From: Rhodothermales bacterium
GTDB taxonomy: Bacteria; Bacteroidota; Rhodothermia; Rhodothermales; VXPQ01
Reading direction: 5' to 3'
Assembly (NCBI GenBank): GCA_022821845.1
Contig: JAJECT010000019.1
Location: 65,814 to 129,813, forward strand
DNA length: 64,000 nucleotides
Below the pieces are notes generated by a model. That model made no database searches. It was given only the letters and a program-made list of their open reading frames with translations, and was not told where the DNA came from. Shown one piece after another: positions 56,122-64,000 of this stretch; position 1 is the stretch's first letter; every line of letters begins with the position of its first letter. Made by a program: the position numbers and the translations under genes.

Positions 56122-56523
56122 ATGAAGCCCAAAACGATCGCCGGACTTGTCCTGATGCTTGGCTTCGCGGCCCTGTTGTTCCTGAATTTCGGGCGGCAGG
56201 TCGGGGGATACATGGATTTCGCCGAAGCCGAAAAGGCGGGCGTGGAAGCGCACGTGGTGGGGACCTGGGTAGAGGCGGAGCGGTATGCGTACGACCGCGA
56301 CCGGAATATCTTCAGTTTCCACATGCAGGACGAGGCGGGCGCCGTGCGCAAGGTGCACTACCCGCACCCGAAGCCCGCCAATTTCGAGGACGCCGAACGC
56401 CTGGTGGTGCAAGGCGCCGCGGAAGGAGAGGTGTTCGTGGCGCAACACATCCTCGTCAAATGCCCCTCCAAATACAACGACGGCTCCGAATTCGAGACGG
56501 CGTCGCAGGAATACGCCGGGTAG
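56122..56523 (+). CDS. ccmE: Cytochrome c maturation heme chaperone CcmE, CXXXY variant
   Basis: MKPKTIAGLVLMLGFAALLFLNF (membrane anchor) and an OB-fold body. HILVKCPSKYN has Cys in place of the canonical heme-binding His of the HXXXY motif. Confidence 0.85.
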   Translation: MKPKTIAGLVLMLGFAALLFLNFGRQVGGYMDFAEAEKAGVEAHVVGTWVEAERYAYDRDRNIFSFHMQDEAGAVRKVHYPHPKPANFEDAERLVVQGAAEGEVFVAQHILVKCPSKYNDGSEFETASQEYAG

Positions 56524-56544
56524 GTCAGCCGACGGCGCATTCCG

Positions 56545-57942
56545 CTACAAATAAATCAGCGTCGCCAGCAGGAAGAATACCCCCAGACCCAGAATGTCGT
56601 TGCTCGTCGTAATGAACGGGCCCGTGGCGAGCGCCGGGTCTATCTTCATGCGTTGAAGCAGCAAGGGCACCGTGGCGCCAATGATCGTGGCCAGCACAAT
56701 CACGGTCAACATGGACAGGGCGGCCGTCAACGCAAGCAATTCGAGCGTCGCGCCGCCGACCTGCAGCATCATGACCGCCGCGCCAAGGACCAGCGCCAGC
56801 GCCAGCCCGTTCAGAAGCGACACGCTCAATTCCTTGCCGAGGCGCCGCGCCACGTCGCTTGCCCACAACTCCCCGCTGGCCAGGCCCTGCACCACAATGG
56901 CCGAACTCTGAATGCCCGCGTTGCCCGCCATCGCCATGACGACGGGAATGAACGCGGCCAGAATAACCGCTTGTTCGAGCGCATTTTCGAACTGCCCGAT
57001 GACCAGGCCCGAAAGGCCCGCCCCCGCCATGCCGATAAGCAACCAGGGCAACCGCCCGCGAATCACCCGAAACACGGAATCGGAGGGTTCCTCGCTGCCG
57101 GACATGCCGCTCATGCGCTGAATGTCCTCCTCCGCCTCGTCCCGAATCACGTCCACGATGTCGTCAATGGTGATCCGGCCCAGCATTTCGCCGCTTGCGT
57201 CCGCCACGGGCAGGGACACCAGGTCGTATCGCTGCATGATGCGCCCCACTTCCTCCTGATCCATTTCCGGCGGAACCGCAACGAAATCCCGATCCATGAT
57301 GTCGGAGACGGGCGTATCCGCCAGCGTCAGCAACAGATTTTTCAGCGAAACGACGCCCTGCAATTTCCCCTCTGCGTCGCGCACGAATACGGCGAACACC
57401 GCCGCCACGGTTTCGGCGTTGCGGCGCACTTCCTCCGTCGCTTCCGCCACGGTCCACGTTTCGGGCACGATAACGTACTCCGTGCCCATGATCCCCCCGG
57501 CGGATTCCTCGTCGTAGTGGAGCAGCGACTGCACGTCCTCGCTGCGGTCCAGCAAGGGGAGCACTTCGGCGGCCAACGCCTCTGGCAAATCCGCCAGGAC
57601 GTCGGCGGCGTCGTCCGTTTCCAGATGGCTTAGCAGTTCCTTGAGCCGCTCCGGGGGCGTTTCTTCGAGCAGCCGCATGCGCAACTCGTCGTCGAGGTCG
57701 GCCAGCACCAGTCCGGCTTGTTCCCCCGGCAACCACCCGAACAGGGTTTCGCGTTCTCCCGCGGGAAGATAATTCAATAGCCGGGCCAGATCTGCCGGAT
57801 GCAAACGGGCCGCTATGCGCACCGCGGCCTCCCGATCTTCCGACGCCATCAACGTTTCGAGACGCTCGGCCAATTCGTCGTCGACCGCGGGAGGAGACGC
57901 GGCAAGCGCCTCGTCTCGAACGGTATCCTGAACATGCTCCAT
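56545..57942 (-). CDS. mgtE: Magnesium transporter MgtE
   Basis: N-domain (LHPADLARLLN), tandem CBS (IMDRDFVAVPPEMDQEEV...YDLVSLPVAD), and a membrane domain with IPVVMAMAGNAGIQSS and DPALATGPFITTSNDILG. Confidence 0.92.
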   Translation of the reverse strand: MEHVQDTVRDEALAASPPAVDDELAERLETLMASEDREAAVRIAARLHPADLARLLNYLPAGERETLFGWLPGEQAGLVLADLDDELRMRLLEETPPERLKELLSHLETDDAADVLADLPEALAAEVLPLLDRSEDVQSLLHYDEESAGGIMGTEYVIVPETWTVAEATEEVRRNAETVAAVFAVFVRDAEGKLQGVVSLKNLLLTLADTPVSDIMDRDFVAVPPEMDQEEVGRIMQRYDLVSLPVADASGEMLGRITIDDIVDVIRDEAEEDIQRMSGMSGSEEPSDSVFRVIRGRLPWLLIGMAGAGLSGLVIGQFENALEQAVILAAFIPVVMAMAGNAGIQSSAIVVQGLASGELWASDVARRLGKELSVSLLNGLALALVLGAAVMMLQVGGATLELLALTAALSMLTVIVLATIIGATVPLLLQRMKIDPALATGPFITTSNDILGLGVFFLLATLIYL

Positions 57943-57989
57943 GCGGGACGGAAAGATTACGGGGAATGAATATCGGCGGTGCAGCGGCG

Positions 57990-58775
57990 CTACGTACGGG
58001 CCTTAAGATAACGCGCCAGCGCGACAAACTCTTCAGGCGTCAATTCTTCGGGCCGCCGCGCCTCCAGCCCATCGGGAAGAACGACGCCCGCCTCGCCTTT
58101 GGTCCAGCGTTCGAGGCTATTGCGCAGCGTTTTGCGGCGGCGATTGAAAGCAGTCCGAACCACGTCGCGAAAAAACGCCGTCTCCACGCCGGCGGGCGCC
58201 GTTTCCTTGCCCGCAAAGGTCAGGCGAACCACGGCGCTGGTCACAGCGGGACGGGGATAAAACACCTGGGGAGACACCCGAAACAGCTTTTCGGGACGCG
58301 CCATCGTCTGAAAAAGCACGCTCAAAATGCCGTAGGCCCGGGTCCGGGGAACCGCCACCAGCCGCTCGGCCACCTCCCGTTGCATCATCGCAACGACTTC
58401 CTGCACGACGTCCCGCGCGTCCAGCAAGCGGAACAGAATAGGACTGGTCATATTGTACGGAAGATTCCCCAGAACGAACATCGGCGCGCCTTTCTCTTGC
58501 GCCAGCGCCCGCCAGTCCGCCTCCAGCACATCCATCTGCCGCACGTCGATCCCAGGATGCGCTTCCCGCAAGAACGCCACGGCCCGCGCGTCTATCTCGA
58601 TCGCGGTAAACGCAGCGAACCGGTCCCGGAGCAATCCGGTTAGCGCCCCCTCGCCCGGCCCGATCTCCACGACATGCGCGGCGCGCGGCGCCCGCAGCGC
58701 AGCGACGATGTTGCGCGCCACGTTCGGATCGCGAAGAAAATGTTGTCCGAGCGATTTTCTGGGGGCGAAAGACAT
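57990..58775 (-). CDS. rsmA: 16S rRNA (adenine1518/1519-N6)-dimethyltransferase
   Basis: Start MSFAPRKSLGQHFLRDPNVARNIV (cat at 58773-58775). VVEIGPGEGALT, VLGNLPYNMTSPILF. Confidence 0.92.
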   Translation of the reverse strand: MSFAPRKSLGQHFLRDPNVARNIVAALRAPRAAHVVEIGPGEGALTGLLRDRFAAFTAIEIDARAVAFLREAHPGIDVRQMDVLEADWRALAQEKGAPMFVLGNLPYNMTSPILFRLLDARDVVQEVVAMMQREVAERLVAVPRTRAYGILSVLFQTMARPEKLFRVSPQVFYPRPAVTSAVVRLTFAGKETAPAGVETAFFRDVVRTAFNRRRKTLRNSLERWTKGEAGVVLPDGLEARRPEELTPEEFVALARYLKART

Positions 58776-58806
58776 GCATTCGGGCGGCTGTTGTCCATAA
58801 TGGACA

Positions 58807-59967
58807 CTACTGTCCGTAAGGATTTTCAAGATACTGCCTTGCCCGCTTGTGCGCACGGGACCAGTCTTTCCCGTCCAGCGCCTCCCGGTAGGCCGCCACG
58901 GCCTCGCTGCGCCGCCCCAGCGCGTCGTGGGCCATGCCCGCGTACAGCCGCCCCATCGTAACGAACCGGTAGTCCGCCGCGTCCCGTATCGCGGGTTCCT
59001 GCAAGGCGTTCAGATGCGGAAGGGCCGCTTCGTAATCGCCGTACGCCATGCGGCTGCGCGCCAGAAAAAAAAGCGCCTGCCCGCCCAGCGAAGGATTGTA
59101 TCCCGCGCGCCCGGCCCGGTAGCGGGCGTAAACCTCCTCGAAAACGGGGTCCGACAACGTCCATCTCCCCCACCGGGCGTACACGCGCCCTTCGATCGCA
59201 TGAAAAAAAGAATTGTCGGGGTACCGCTCGCGAAGCCAGGCTGCATATTCCACGCTCTTGTCGAAATCGTTCTCGAATATATAATGTATCTGGAGCAGGA
59301 AATAGACGGCTTCGGCGCGCACGAGCCGCCCGTCCTGCATGGTGCGCTGGAGCGCTTCGATGCCTCGCTGCCGATCCCCGTCCGGGAAAAACAGGGCGAA
59401 CGGCCTCAGAAAAGGGTATTTCTCTGGAATCGCTGCGGCGTAGTAGTCGTACATGCCTTTTCCGAAAGCGTAATCCGCCACGTCCGGCTCCCGCTCCACC
59501 ACGTCCAGCACGTAGTCCATGGCCCGGAGGCCGTCCCGCGCCGCCTTGAGCCATTTCCCGCGATTCGACCGAAGGCGCCCCCGAAACCCCAGCGCGGCCC
59601 CTTTGAAAAACATGGCGTCGAACGCGTCGTCATCCTGCTTGAGCAACCGATCCGAACGTTCGATCACCTCCTCCATGGCCGCAAAGAAGGCCTCGTCGTG
59701 CGCCTCGTTCGCAAGGTCGGGAAGAATTTTCCACCACAGATTGAGCGCTTCCAGAAAAGGTCCGGCGGGATGTTCCGGATACCGCTCGGCTATGCGCTCG
59801 AAACGACGGGCCGCCGCCTCGAATTTCATATTGTAGAGCTCGTCCAGCCCTTCGCGTACTTCGGCCTGCGTGACGGGATCGTCGAAAATGGATCCGGCAG
59901 GCTGCGCCCGGGCGGACCCAAACCCCAGCAACAAGACTACAGCCAGCCCGACCGTGGCAGGTCGCAT
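58807..59967 (-). CDS. Secreted helical-repeat (TPR-like) protein of unknown function
   Basis: Signal peptide MRPATVGLAVVLLLGFGSARAQ. TPR-like helices follow (YNMKFEAAARRFERIAERYPEHP, GDYEAALPHLNAL, GRRSEAVAAYREAL). Coding quality is good but no specific family is recognised. Confidence 0.7.
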   Translation of the reverse strand: MRPATVGLAVVLLLGFGSARAQPAGSIFDDPVTQAEVREGLDELYNMKFEAAARRFERIAERYPEHPAGPFLEALNLWWKILPDLANEAHDEAFFAAMEEVIERSDRLLKQDDDAFDAMFFKGAALGFRGRLRSNRGKWLKAARDGLRAMDYVLDVVEREPDVADYAFGKGMYDYYAAAIPEKYPFLRPFALFFPDGDRQRGIEALQRTMQDGRLVRAEAVYFLLQIHYIFENDFDKSVEYAAWLRERYPDNSFFHAIEGRVYARWGRWTLSDPVFEEVYARYRAGRAGYNPSLGGQALFFLARSRMAYGDYEAALPHLNALQEPAIRDAADYRFVTMGRLYAGMAHDALGRRSEAVAAYREALDGKDWSRAHKRARQYLENPYGQ

Positions 59968-60037
59968 CGAAAACCCTGATAAAGAATGCTTGGACTCAGG
60001 ATACGCGGATCAAAACTGCTGCGTTTGGCGCGGCGGC

Positions 60038-60625
60038 CTATGCGCGCGGCTTCCCGAGCCGGCGCGTTCCGGAATAAAGCATGGCGACCAGCGCCACCTT
60101 GGCCAGGTCCGCGGGGATGAAACGCACGAACCCCTTGTCGATGGATTCTATCCAGGTGGCGTGGTCGGCGGCGTAGTGCAGCCACACGACGCCCGTAGCA
60201 AAGAATACCAGCGACCCGATCAGCATGGCCAGCCCGCTGCCCGGCAGCGTATTCCATCTCCTCGAAAGCCTGCCCACGGCCAGCGCGGCCAGCGGGTACC
60301 CCAGCAAATACCCCGCGCTAACCGCCCCGACGAGATAGGAAAGTCCGTATCCGTTCCCTGCGAACACGGGCGCGAAAAGCCCCAGCGCAAGGTACAGCAC
60401 CTGGGCGAGCATGCCGTTGCGCGCGCCCAGAAAAAGGCCGCTGCCGAATACGAACAGCGTCTGGAGCGTGAAGGGCACCTCCCACAAATAGACGCGGAGT
60501 TGGGCCCCGAGGGCGGTAAGCAAGGCGAATCCGACGATCCCAAGCGCCTGTACCAGCGTGGAGGCGCGTTCCTCCCGAAGGGCGTCGATCAGCGAAGGGG
60601 CGGGCGCGTGCAGGCGTAGCAGCAT
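60038..60625 (-). CDS. bioY: Biotin transporter BioY (ECF S-component-like)
   Basis: VPFTLQTLFVFGSGLFLGARNGMLAQVLYLALGLFAPVFAG...GYLLGYPLAALAVG matches BioY hallmarks. Confidence 0.85.
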   Translation of the reverse strand: MLLRLHAPAPSLIDALREERASTLVQALGIVGFALLTALGAQLRVYLWEVPFTLQTLFVFGSGLFLGARNGMLAQVLYLALGLFAPVFAGNGYGLSYLVGAVSAGYLLGYPLAALAVGRLSRRWNTLPGSGLAMLIGSLVFFATGVVWLHYAADHATWIESIDKGFVRFIPADLAKVALVAMLYSGTRRLGKPRA

Positions 60626-60793
60626 GGAAAAGGGTATGTTAACGAGTGAGCGAAACGAGAGAACGATAGCGCAGGGGAAGCATGTCCTGATATCCCGTAA
60701 TATCGGCTTTTTCGGGGCGTCCGCGCAAGTCCGACATGCAGGGAACCGGCAAATCGCAGCGCGCGGCGATCCGAATCCGCCCCGGCGCTACCG

Positions 60794-60809
60794 CCTGGAA
60801 CGTTCCAGG
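60794..60809. promoter_or_regulatory. Perfect 16-bp palindrome CCTGGAACGTTCCAGG in the bioY / CPBP-protease divergent intergenic region (candidate operator)
   Basis: Read directly and self-complementary over all 16 positions. A second inverted repeat, CGAAACG-N13-CGTTTCG, follows at 60814-60840. Confidence 0.4.
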
Positions 60810-60950
60810 CAAGCGAAACGTTTTGTGGTCAGGCGTTTCGAGGCGATATTAGCAGGATATTCAGATTGTATTCGTTTTTCCGCAAGGCGTCCGCCCTCGC
60901 CGCAGCCAGCGAACCCTCCCCGCATCCGTCCCGCGCACTTTTTCTCCGCC

Positions 60951-61739
60951 ATGCGTACCTGGATCCGACTGGAAACAGCGCGTCTGGCGAATGCGCTCAG
61001 GCGGCTCGACCGCCAGGCGGCAACCGTCCTCGTAGCAGTCGGCGCGCTGGTCATCCTGCAGGACGCCATCGGAAGCCGCCGGTTCTTTTACGCCCATGCG
61101 GCCCATATTTTCCCGGCGGAATACGCCGACCTGCTCTCCTGGATATGGCGATTCGTCGTGCAGGGCGCGACGGGATTCGCGCTTCCGCTGGCGATCCTGC
61201 GCGGCCTGTTCCGGCAATCTCCGGGCAAGGCGGGCCTGGGGCGAGGAGACTGGAAGTTCGCGAGCATGGCCATGGCGTGCTACCTGCCGGCGGTCATGGC
61301 GGGCACATGGATTCTTTCGGCCAGCCCGGCGTTTCAGGCGCAATACCCGCACTACGCCCCCGCAGCAACGGACTGGACCCTTTTCCTCGTCTACGAAGCC
61401 TGCTTTCTGTTTTACTGGATCGGCTGGGAATACCTGTGGCGCGGCTTCATGCTTTTCGGGACGGCCCCGGCGATCGGGCCGTACGCCATCTTCGCGCAAG
61501 CCATCCCGTTCGCCTTGCTGCACCTGAACAAGCCGTTGCCGGAAACCGTGCTGTCCCTGATAGGGGGCATCGTCCTGGGCGCCCTCGTATGGCGCTGCCG
61601 ATCCTTCTGGATCGCCGTGCCCATTCACGCCGCCCAAATGATGGCGATCGACTTCTGGTGCGCGTTGCGCGCCCGCTCCGGCGCAGACGGGGTGGGACTG
61701 GAGGCGCTGGGAAACGCGCTCGGCAGCCTCGGCGGATAA
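60951..61739 (+). CDS. CPBP-family (CAAX / Abi) intramembrane metalloprotease
   Basis: Start MRTWIRLE (atg at 60951). Multi-pass membrane protein with the motif-1-like WEYLWRGFML (EExxxR variant), FALLH and IHAAQM. The part of the track ORF upstream of 60951 is read-through. Confidence 0.75.
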   Translation: MRTWIRLETARLANALRRLDRQAATVLVAVGALVILQDAIGSRRFFYAHAAHIFPAEYADLLSWIWRFVVQGATGFALPLAILRGLFRQSPGKAGLGRGDWKFASMAMACYLPAVMAGTWILSASPAFQAQYPHYAPAATDWTLFLVYEACFLFYWIGWEYLWRGFMLFGTAPAIGPYAIFAQAIPFALLHLNKPLPETVLSLIGGIVLGALVWRCRSFWIAVPIHAAQMMAIDFWCALRARSGADGVGLEALGNALGSLGG

Positions 61740-61784
61740 CCTGCCGAATAAGGGGCGCCTGGAGCCGAACCTTCGACGGACAGT

Positions 61785-62705
61785 TCACCACTGGTAGGTG
61801 AGCGTCAGGATATGGCCCGGCCCTTCGTAGCCGCTCTGAAACGCCACATAGGCGTAATCGAAGAGCGCCTTGTCCAGGTTCAGCCCGATCCCGAAAGACG
61901 GCCCGCGAAGCGCGTCGTTGGTGATGAAGCCGCTGCGCAGCGTAACCATGTCCAGCGCCTCCGCTCCCAAACCGAAATGCCATTGCGTACGGTTCGAATC
62001 CAGAAATCGGGAAATTTCCACCGTGGCGAACAGCTGCGCCAGCGTCGCGTCGTCGTCTTGCAGCCGGATATGGAAAGGGTGCGCCGCCACCCCCGCCCGC
62101 AGCGCGCGCGGCAGCCGGGTAGCCTCTGATGCAAGGCGGGACATTTTGCCTATGTTCTGCACCGCCGCGCCGAACCGCATGCCCCGGATCGGCAGGTCGG
62201 CCTGCACGCCTGCGTCGAAAGCATACCCCCGGGAAGAATTCGTAAAAATGCGCTCAAGCAAATATTTGGCCGTGATTCCCGCCCGAAAGGGTCCGAACCG
62301 GCGACCATAGGACGCCCCGCTGCTTACGAATTGCACATCGAAAAACCCTTCCGGCTCGCCGGGACCGGAGCGGGCTTCCAGGTCGCCGCTTTCCATCGCC
62401 GTAACGAACAATCCGACCGCCGCCTTCTCGCCCACGCCCAGCCGCGAAGCCGCCGCGTAACTCCCTGTGCCCAGCACCCACGAATAGTAAGACAGCGAGG
62501 CCGTATTTCGTTCGGCGGCGGCCAATCCCGCCGGATTCCAGAACGTGCTGAACGCATCCTGGCTCCATGCCACCTGTCCGTCGCCCAGGGCGCCTGCTTC
62601 GGCATTGACGCCATTGCGCAAAAACGCAAACCCGCCGTTCTGCGCCGCCGCCGACCCGGCGGCGAAAAACGCAACGATTCCCAATATGCACAAACGCCTG
62701 GCCAT
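61785..62705 (-). CDS. PorQ/PorV-family outer-membrane beta-barrel protein
   Basis: MARRLCILGIVAFFAAGSAAAQ (signal peptide). AGALGDGQVAWSQDAFSTFWNPAGLA (G-x-G...NPA motif), then a beta-strand pattern ending ...GHILTLTYQW. An alternative GTG start at 62717 would overlap the upstream stop. Confidence 0.6.
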   Translation of the reverse strand: MARRLCILGIVAFFAAGSAAAQNGGFAFLRNGVNAEAGALGDGQVAWSQDAFSTFWNPAGLAAAERNTASLSYYSWVLGTGSYAAASRLGVGEKAAVGLFVTAMESGDLEARSGPGEPEGFFDVQFVSSGASYGRRFGPFRAGITAKYLLERIFTNSSRGYAFDAGVQADLPIRGMRFGAAVQNIGKMSRLASEATRLPRALRAGVAAHPFHIRLQDDDATLAQLFATVEISRFLDSNRTQWHFGLGAEALDMVTLRSGFITNDALRGPSFGIGLNLDKALFDYAYVAFQSGYEGPGHILTLTYQW

Positions 62706-62713
62706 GGATTGCG

Positions 62714-63751
62714 TCACAAAAGGATACGGAGGGTAACAAGGTGCAGCATGCCTGCGTCGTGCGGCTCCAGAAGCAGGCCGTACTCGGCTCGCAAGGTCAG
62801 GTTTCCTATGGGCTTGGCAATGGCGAACCCGGCGGAAGGCGCCTGCCCCGAAAGGGCGCGGCCCATGCGATCCAGCCCGGCGCGCAAGGTCAGGAATTCC
62901 GCGATTTCGTACTCGGCCCCTGCCCGAAGACCCGCTTCGTGCACGGTTGCGCGCCGCGCCTCGAACGCTTCGAGCGGCACGGAGCCGACCCGTTGCGTAC
63001 TGCGAACCCGGTATTCCAGATCCGAAACGCGCGATTCGTATTCGGCGAGCACTTGCAAACGATACGCCGGAAAACGGTACGACGCGCCCACGCGCAAACG
63101 CAGGGGAAACCGGTCGGAGGTGGCGCCGCCCTCCGAACCGTACAGGCCGGACGTGTCCCAGGAATAACGGGCAAGGAGATCGTCCATCGCAAAAGCAACG
63201 CGAAGGCGATCCGTGGCGTCGAACAACAGGCCCGCATCGACGCCGATGCTGTTCTCCGGGTCGAGGCCCTCATTCAGGTCCGTACGGAAAATCTGCAACC
63301 CGAGGCCTGCCGTCAAGCGAGACCCGAGGCGGGCGCCGAAAGCAAGGAAAAACGCGAATTCGTCCGTCGAATACGTTTGCGTGTGGTATCCGCTGGCGTC
63401 CCGCCCGTCGATATCGGACACCCCGGCATGGATCAATCCCGCGGCCAGGCCCGCATGGGGCTGAATGGGCGTGGCGAACTGCACAAACTGCATCTCCCGA
63501 TCAAACCGCATGAATGCGGACGAAAGGAGTATCTGCTGTTGCATGGTTTGCGGAGCGAGGGCCGGATTGTAGTACGGCGAGGCGTTGCCGCTCGCGTCCG
63601 CAACCAGCGCATTCCCCATCGCAATGCCCCGCGCGCCAAAGCCCATGCGCGAAAAAGCCCCCGCCGCCGATTGTCCCCATGCGGCGGCGACCGGAAGCAG
63701 CGCCAGCGCGCAGGCGGCGCAAATCGTTATGTACGCCCTGCGCAGCGTCAT
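62714..63751 (-). CDS. PorV/PorQ-family outer-membrane beta-barrel protein
   Basis: MTLRRAYITICAACALALLPVAAAWGQ (signal peptide). GARGIAMGNALVADASGNASPYYNPALAP, then a beta-strand pattern ending ...LHLVTLRILL. Its ATG overlaps the upstream gene's TGA (ATGA at 63748-63751). Confidence 0.6.
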   Translation of the reverse strand: MTLRRAYITICAACALALLPVAAAWGQSAAGAFSRMGFGARGIAMGNALVADASGNASPYYNPALAPQTMQQQILLSSAFMRFDREMQFVQFATPIQPHAGLAAGLIHAGVSDIDGRDASGYHTQTYSTDEFAFFLAFGARLGSRLTAGLGLQIFRTDLNEGLDPENSIGVDAGLLFDATDRLRVAFAMDDLLARYSWDTSGLYGSEGGATSDRFPLRLRVGASYRFPAYRLQVLAEYESRVSDLEYRVRSTQRVGSVPLEAFEARRATVHEAGLRAGAEYEIAEFLTLRAGLDRMGRALSGQAPSAGFAIAKPIGNLTLRAEYGLLLEPHDAGMLHLVTLRILL

Positions 63752-64000
63752 TCGAGCACCTGAATTTTGCCGTGCGCGGCGCGCTTGCCCGCGACGGTAT
63801 AGAAATACACGCCGTTCGCCACGCGAAAGCCGTTGCGGTCGGTTCCGTCCCAGGTTGCTTCCCGCTCGCCTGCCGATCCGGCGTTCGCCGTCAGTTCGCG
63901 GACGAGATGCATCTGAAAATCGAATATGCGAATGCGGTCGGCGCCGCCGTCCGAATCGTACCGGATGCGCACGAACCGGTCGCTGGCGGGCGAAAACGGA
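63748..64000 (-). CDS. C-terminal T9SS-type sorting domain (FlgD-Ig-like) of a larger secreted protein. The 5' end lies beyond the window end.
   Basis: ...IRIFDFQMHLVRELTANAGSAGEREATWDGTDRNGFRVANGVYFYTVAGKRAAHGKIQVLE fits the type-A sorting-domain pattern (VYD..G..V, WDG.d..G..v.sGvYfy, K..ll.). The frame stays open upstream to position 64000. Confidence 0.75.
   Translation of the reverse strand, partial: PFSPASDRFVRIRYDSDGGADRIRIFDFQMHLVRELTANAGSAGEREATWDGTDRNGFRVANGVYFYTVAGKRAAHGKIQVLE

Noticed and set aside
60630-60665. TGTTAAC upstream of bioY as a possible BirA operator half-site
   Set aside because: There is no matching inverted half-site (GTTAACA or GGTTTACA type) at the expected 14-15 bp spacing.
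1-64000. Search by eye for tRNA, rRNA, tmRNA, RNase P, CRISPR repeats, transposases, integrases, reverse transcriptases or known defence-system genes
   Set aside because: None were recognised. All intergenic gaps longer than 200 bp were read, and none shows cloverleaf-like or repeat-spacer organisation. A tRNAscan, Infernal or CRISPR-finder run would be needed to be definitive.

Overview
A 64-kb, high-GC (about two-thirds G+C by eye) bacterial chromosomal segment. I support about 55 protein-coding genes and found no rRNA, tRNA, CRISPR array, transposase or integrase by eye. Several markers point to the Fibrobacteres-Chlorobi-Bacteroidetes group, most plausibly a Rhodothermaeota/Bacteroidota-like organism: T9SS-type C-terminal sorting domains, PorV/PorQ-like barrels, a CarboxypepD_reg-type TonB-dependent receptor, TolC-MFP-RND gene order, an alternative-family CcmD, a CXXXY CcmE and the bacillithiol reductase YpdA. 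Layout: (1) 1-2074, a secreted cohesin/dockerin-like protein with a T9SS sorting domain, running off the window start. (2) 2.4-11.9 kb, a nucleotide-sugar precursor cluster (WbpA/TviB-like dehydrogenase, epimerase, gmd, ugd, wbpB-like, fcl, manC) with an embedded GH16 lipoprotein and no glycosyltransferases. (3) 12.1-18.9 kb, a TolC-MFP-RND efflux operon whose RND pump carries a large hydrophobic insertion. (4) Housekeeping genes: mpl, dipeptidase, truA, aroK, rnhB, rho, radC, glyQS, tadA, ypdA, serA, engB, sucD, gatA, tatA, aroA, murB, ccmBCDE, mgtE, rsmA and bioY. These are interrupted at 21.8-22.9 kb by a solitary Phd/YefM antitoxin and an AT-rich islet encoding an orphan lipoprotein. (5) 33.3-35.5 kb, a seven-heme cytochrome c-TPR lipoprotein. 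(6) 35.9-45.8 kb, the most interesting block: a TonB-dependent receptor, a 1176-aa and a 581-aa paralogous surface protein of unknown fold with T9SS-like sorting domains, and a dedicated PorV-like barrel, with no SusD. (7) 61.8-64.0 kb, a second sorting-domain cargo followed by two translationally coupled PorV/PorQ-like barrels. Many very long Arg/Gly/Pro-rich ORFs in the track are antisense shadows typical of high-GC DNA and were rejected. All family assignments come from motif recognition by eye. No searches were run.
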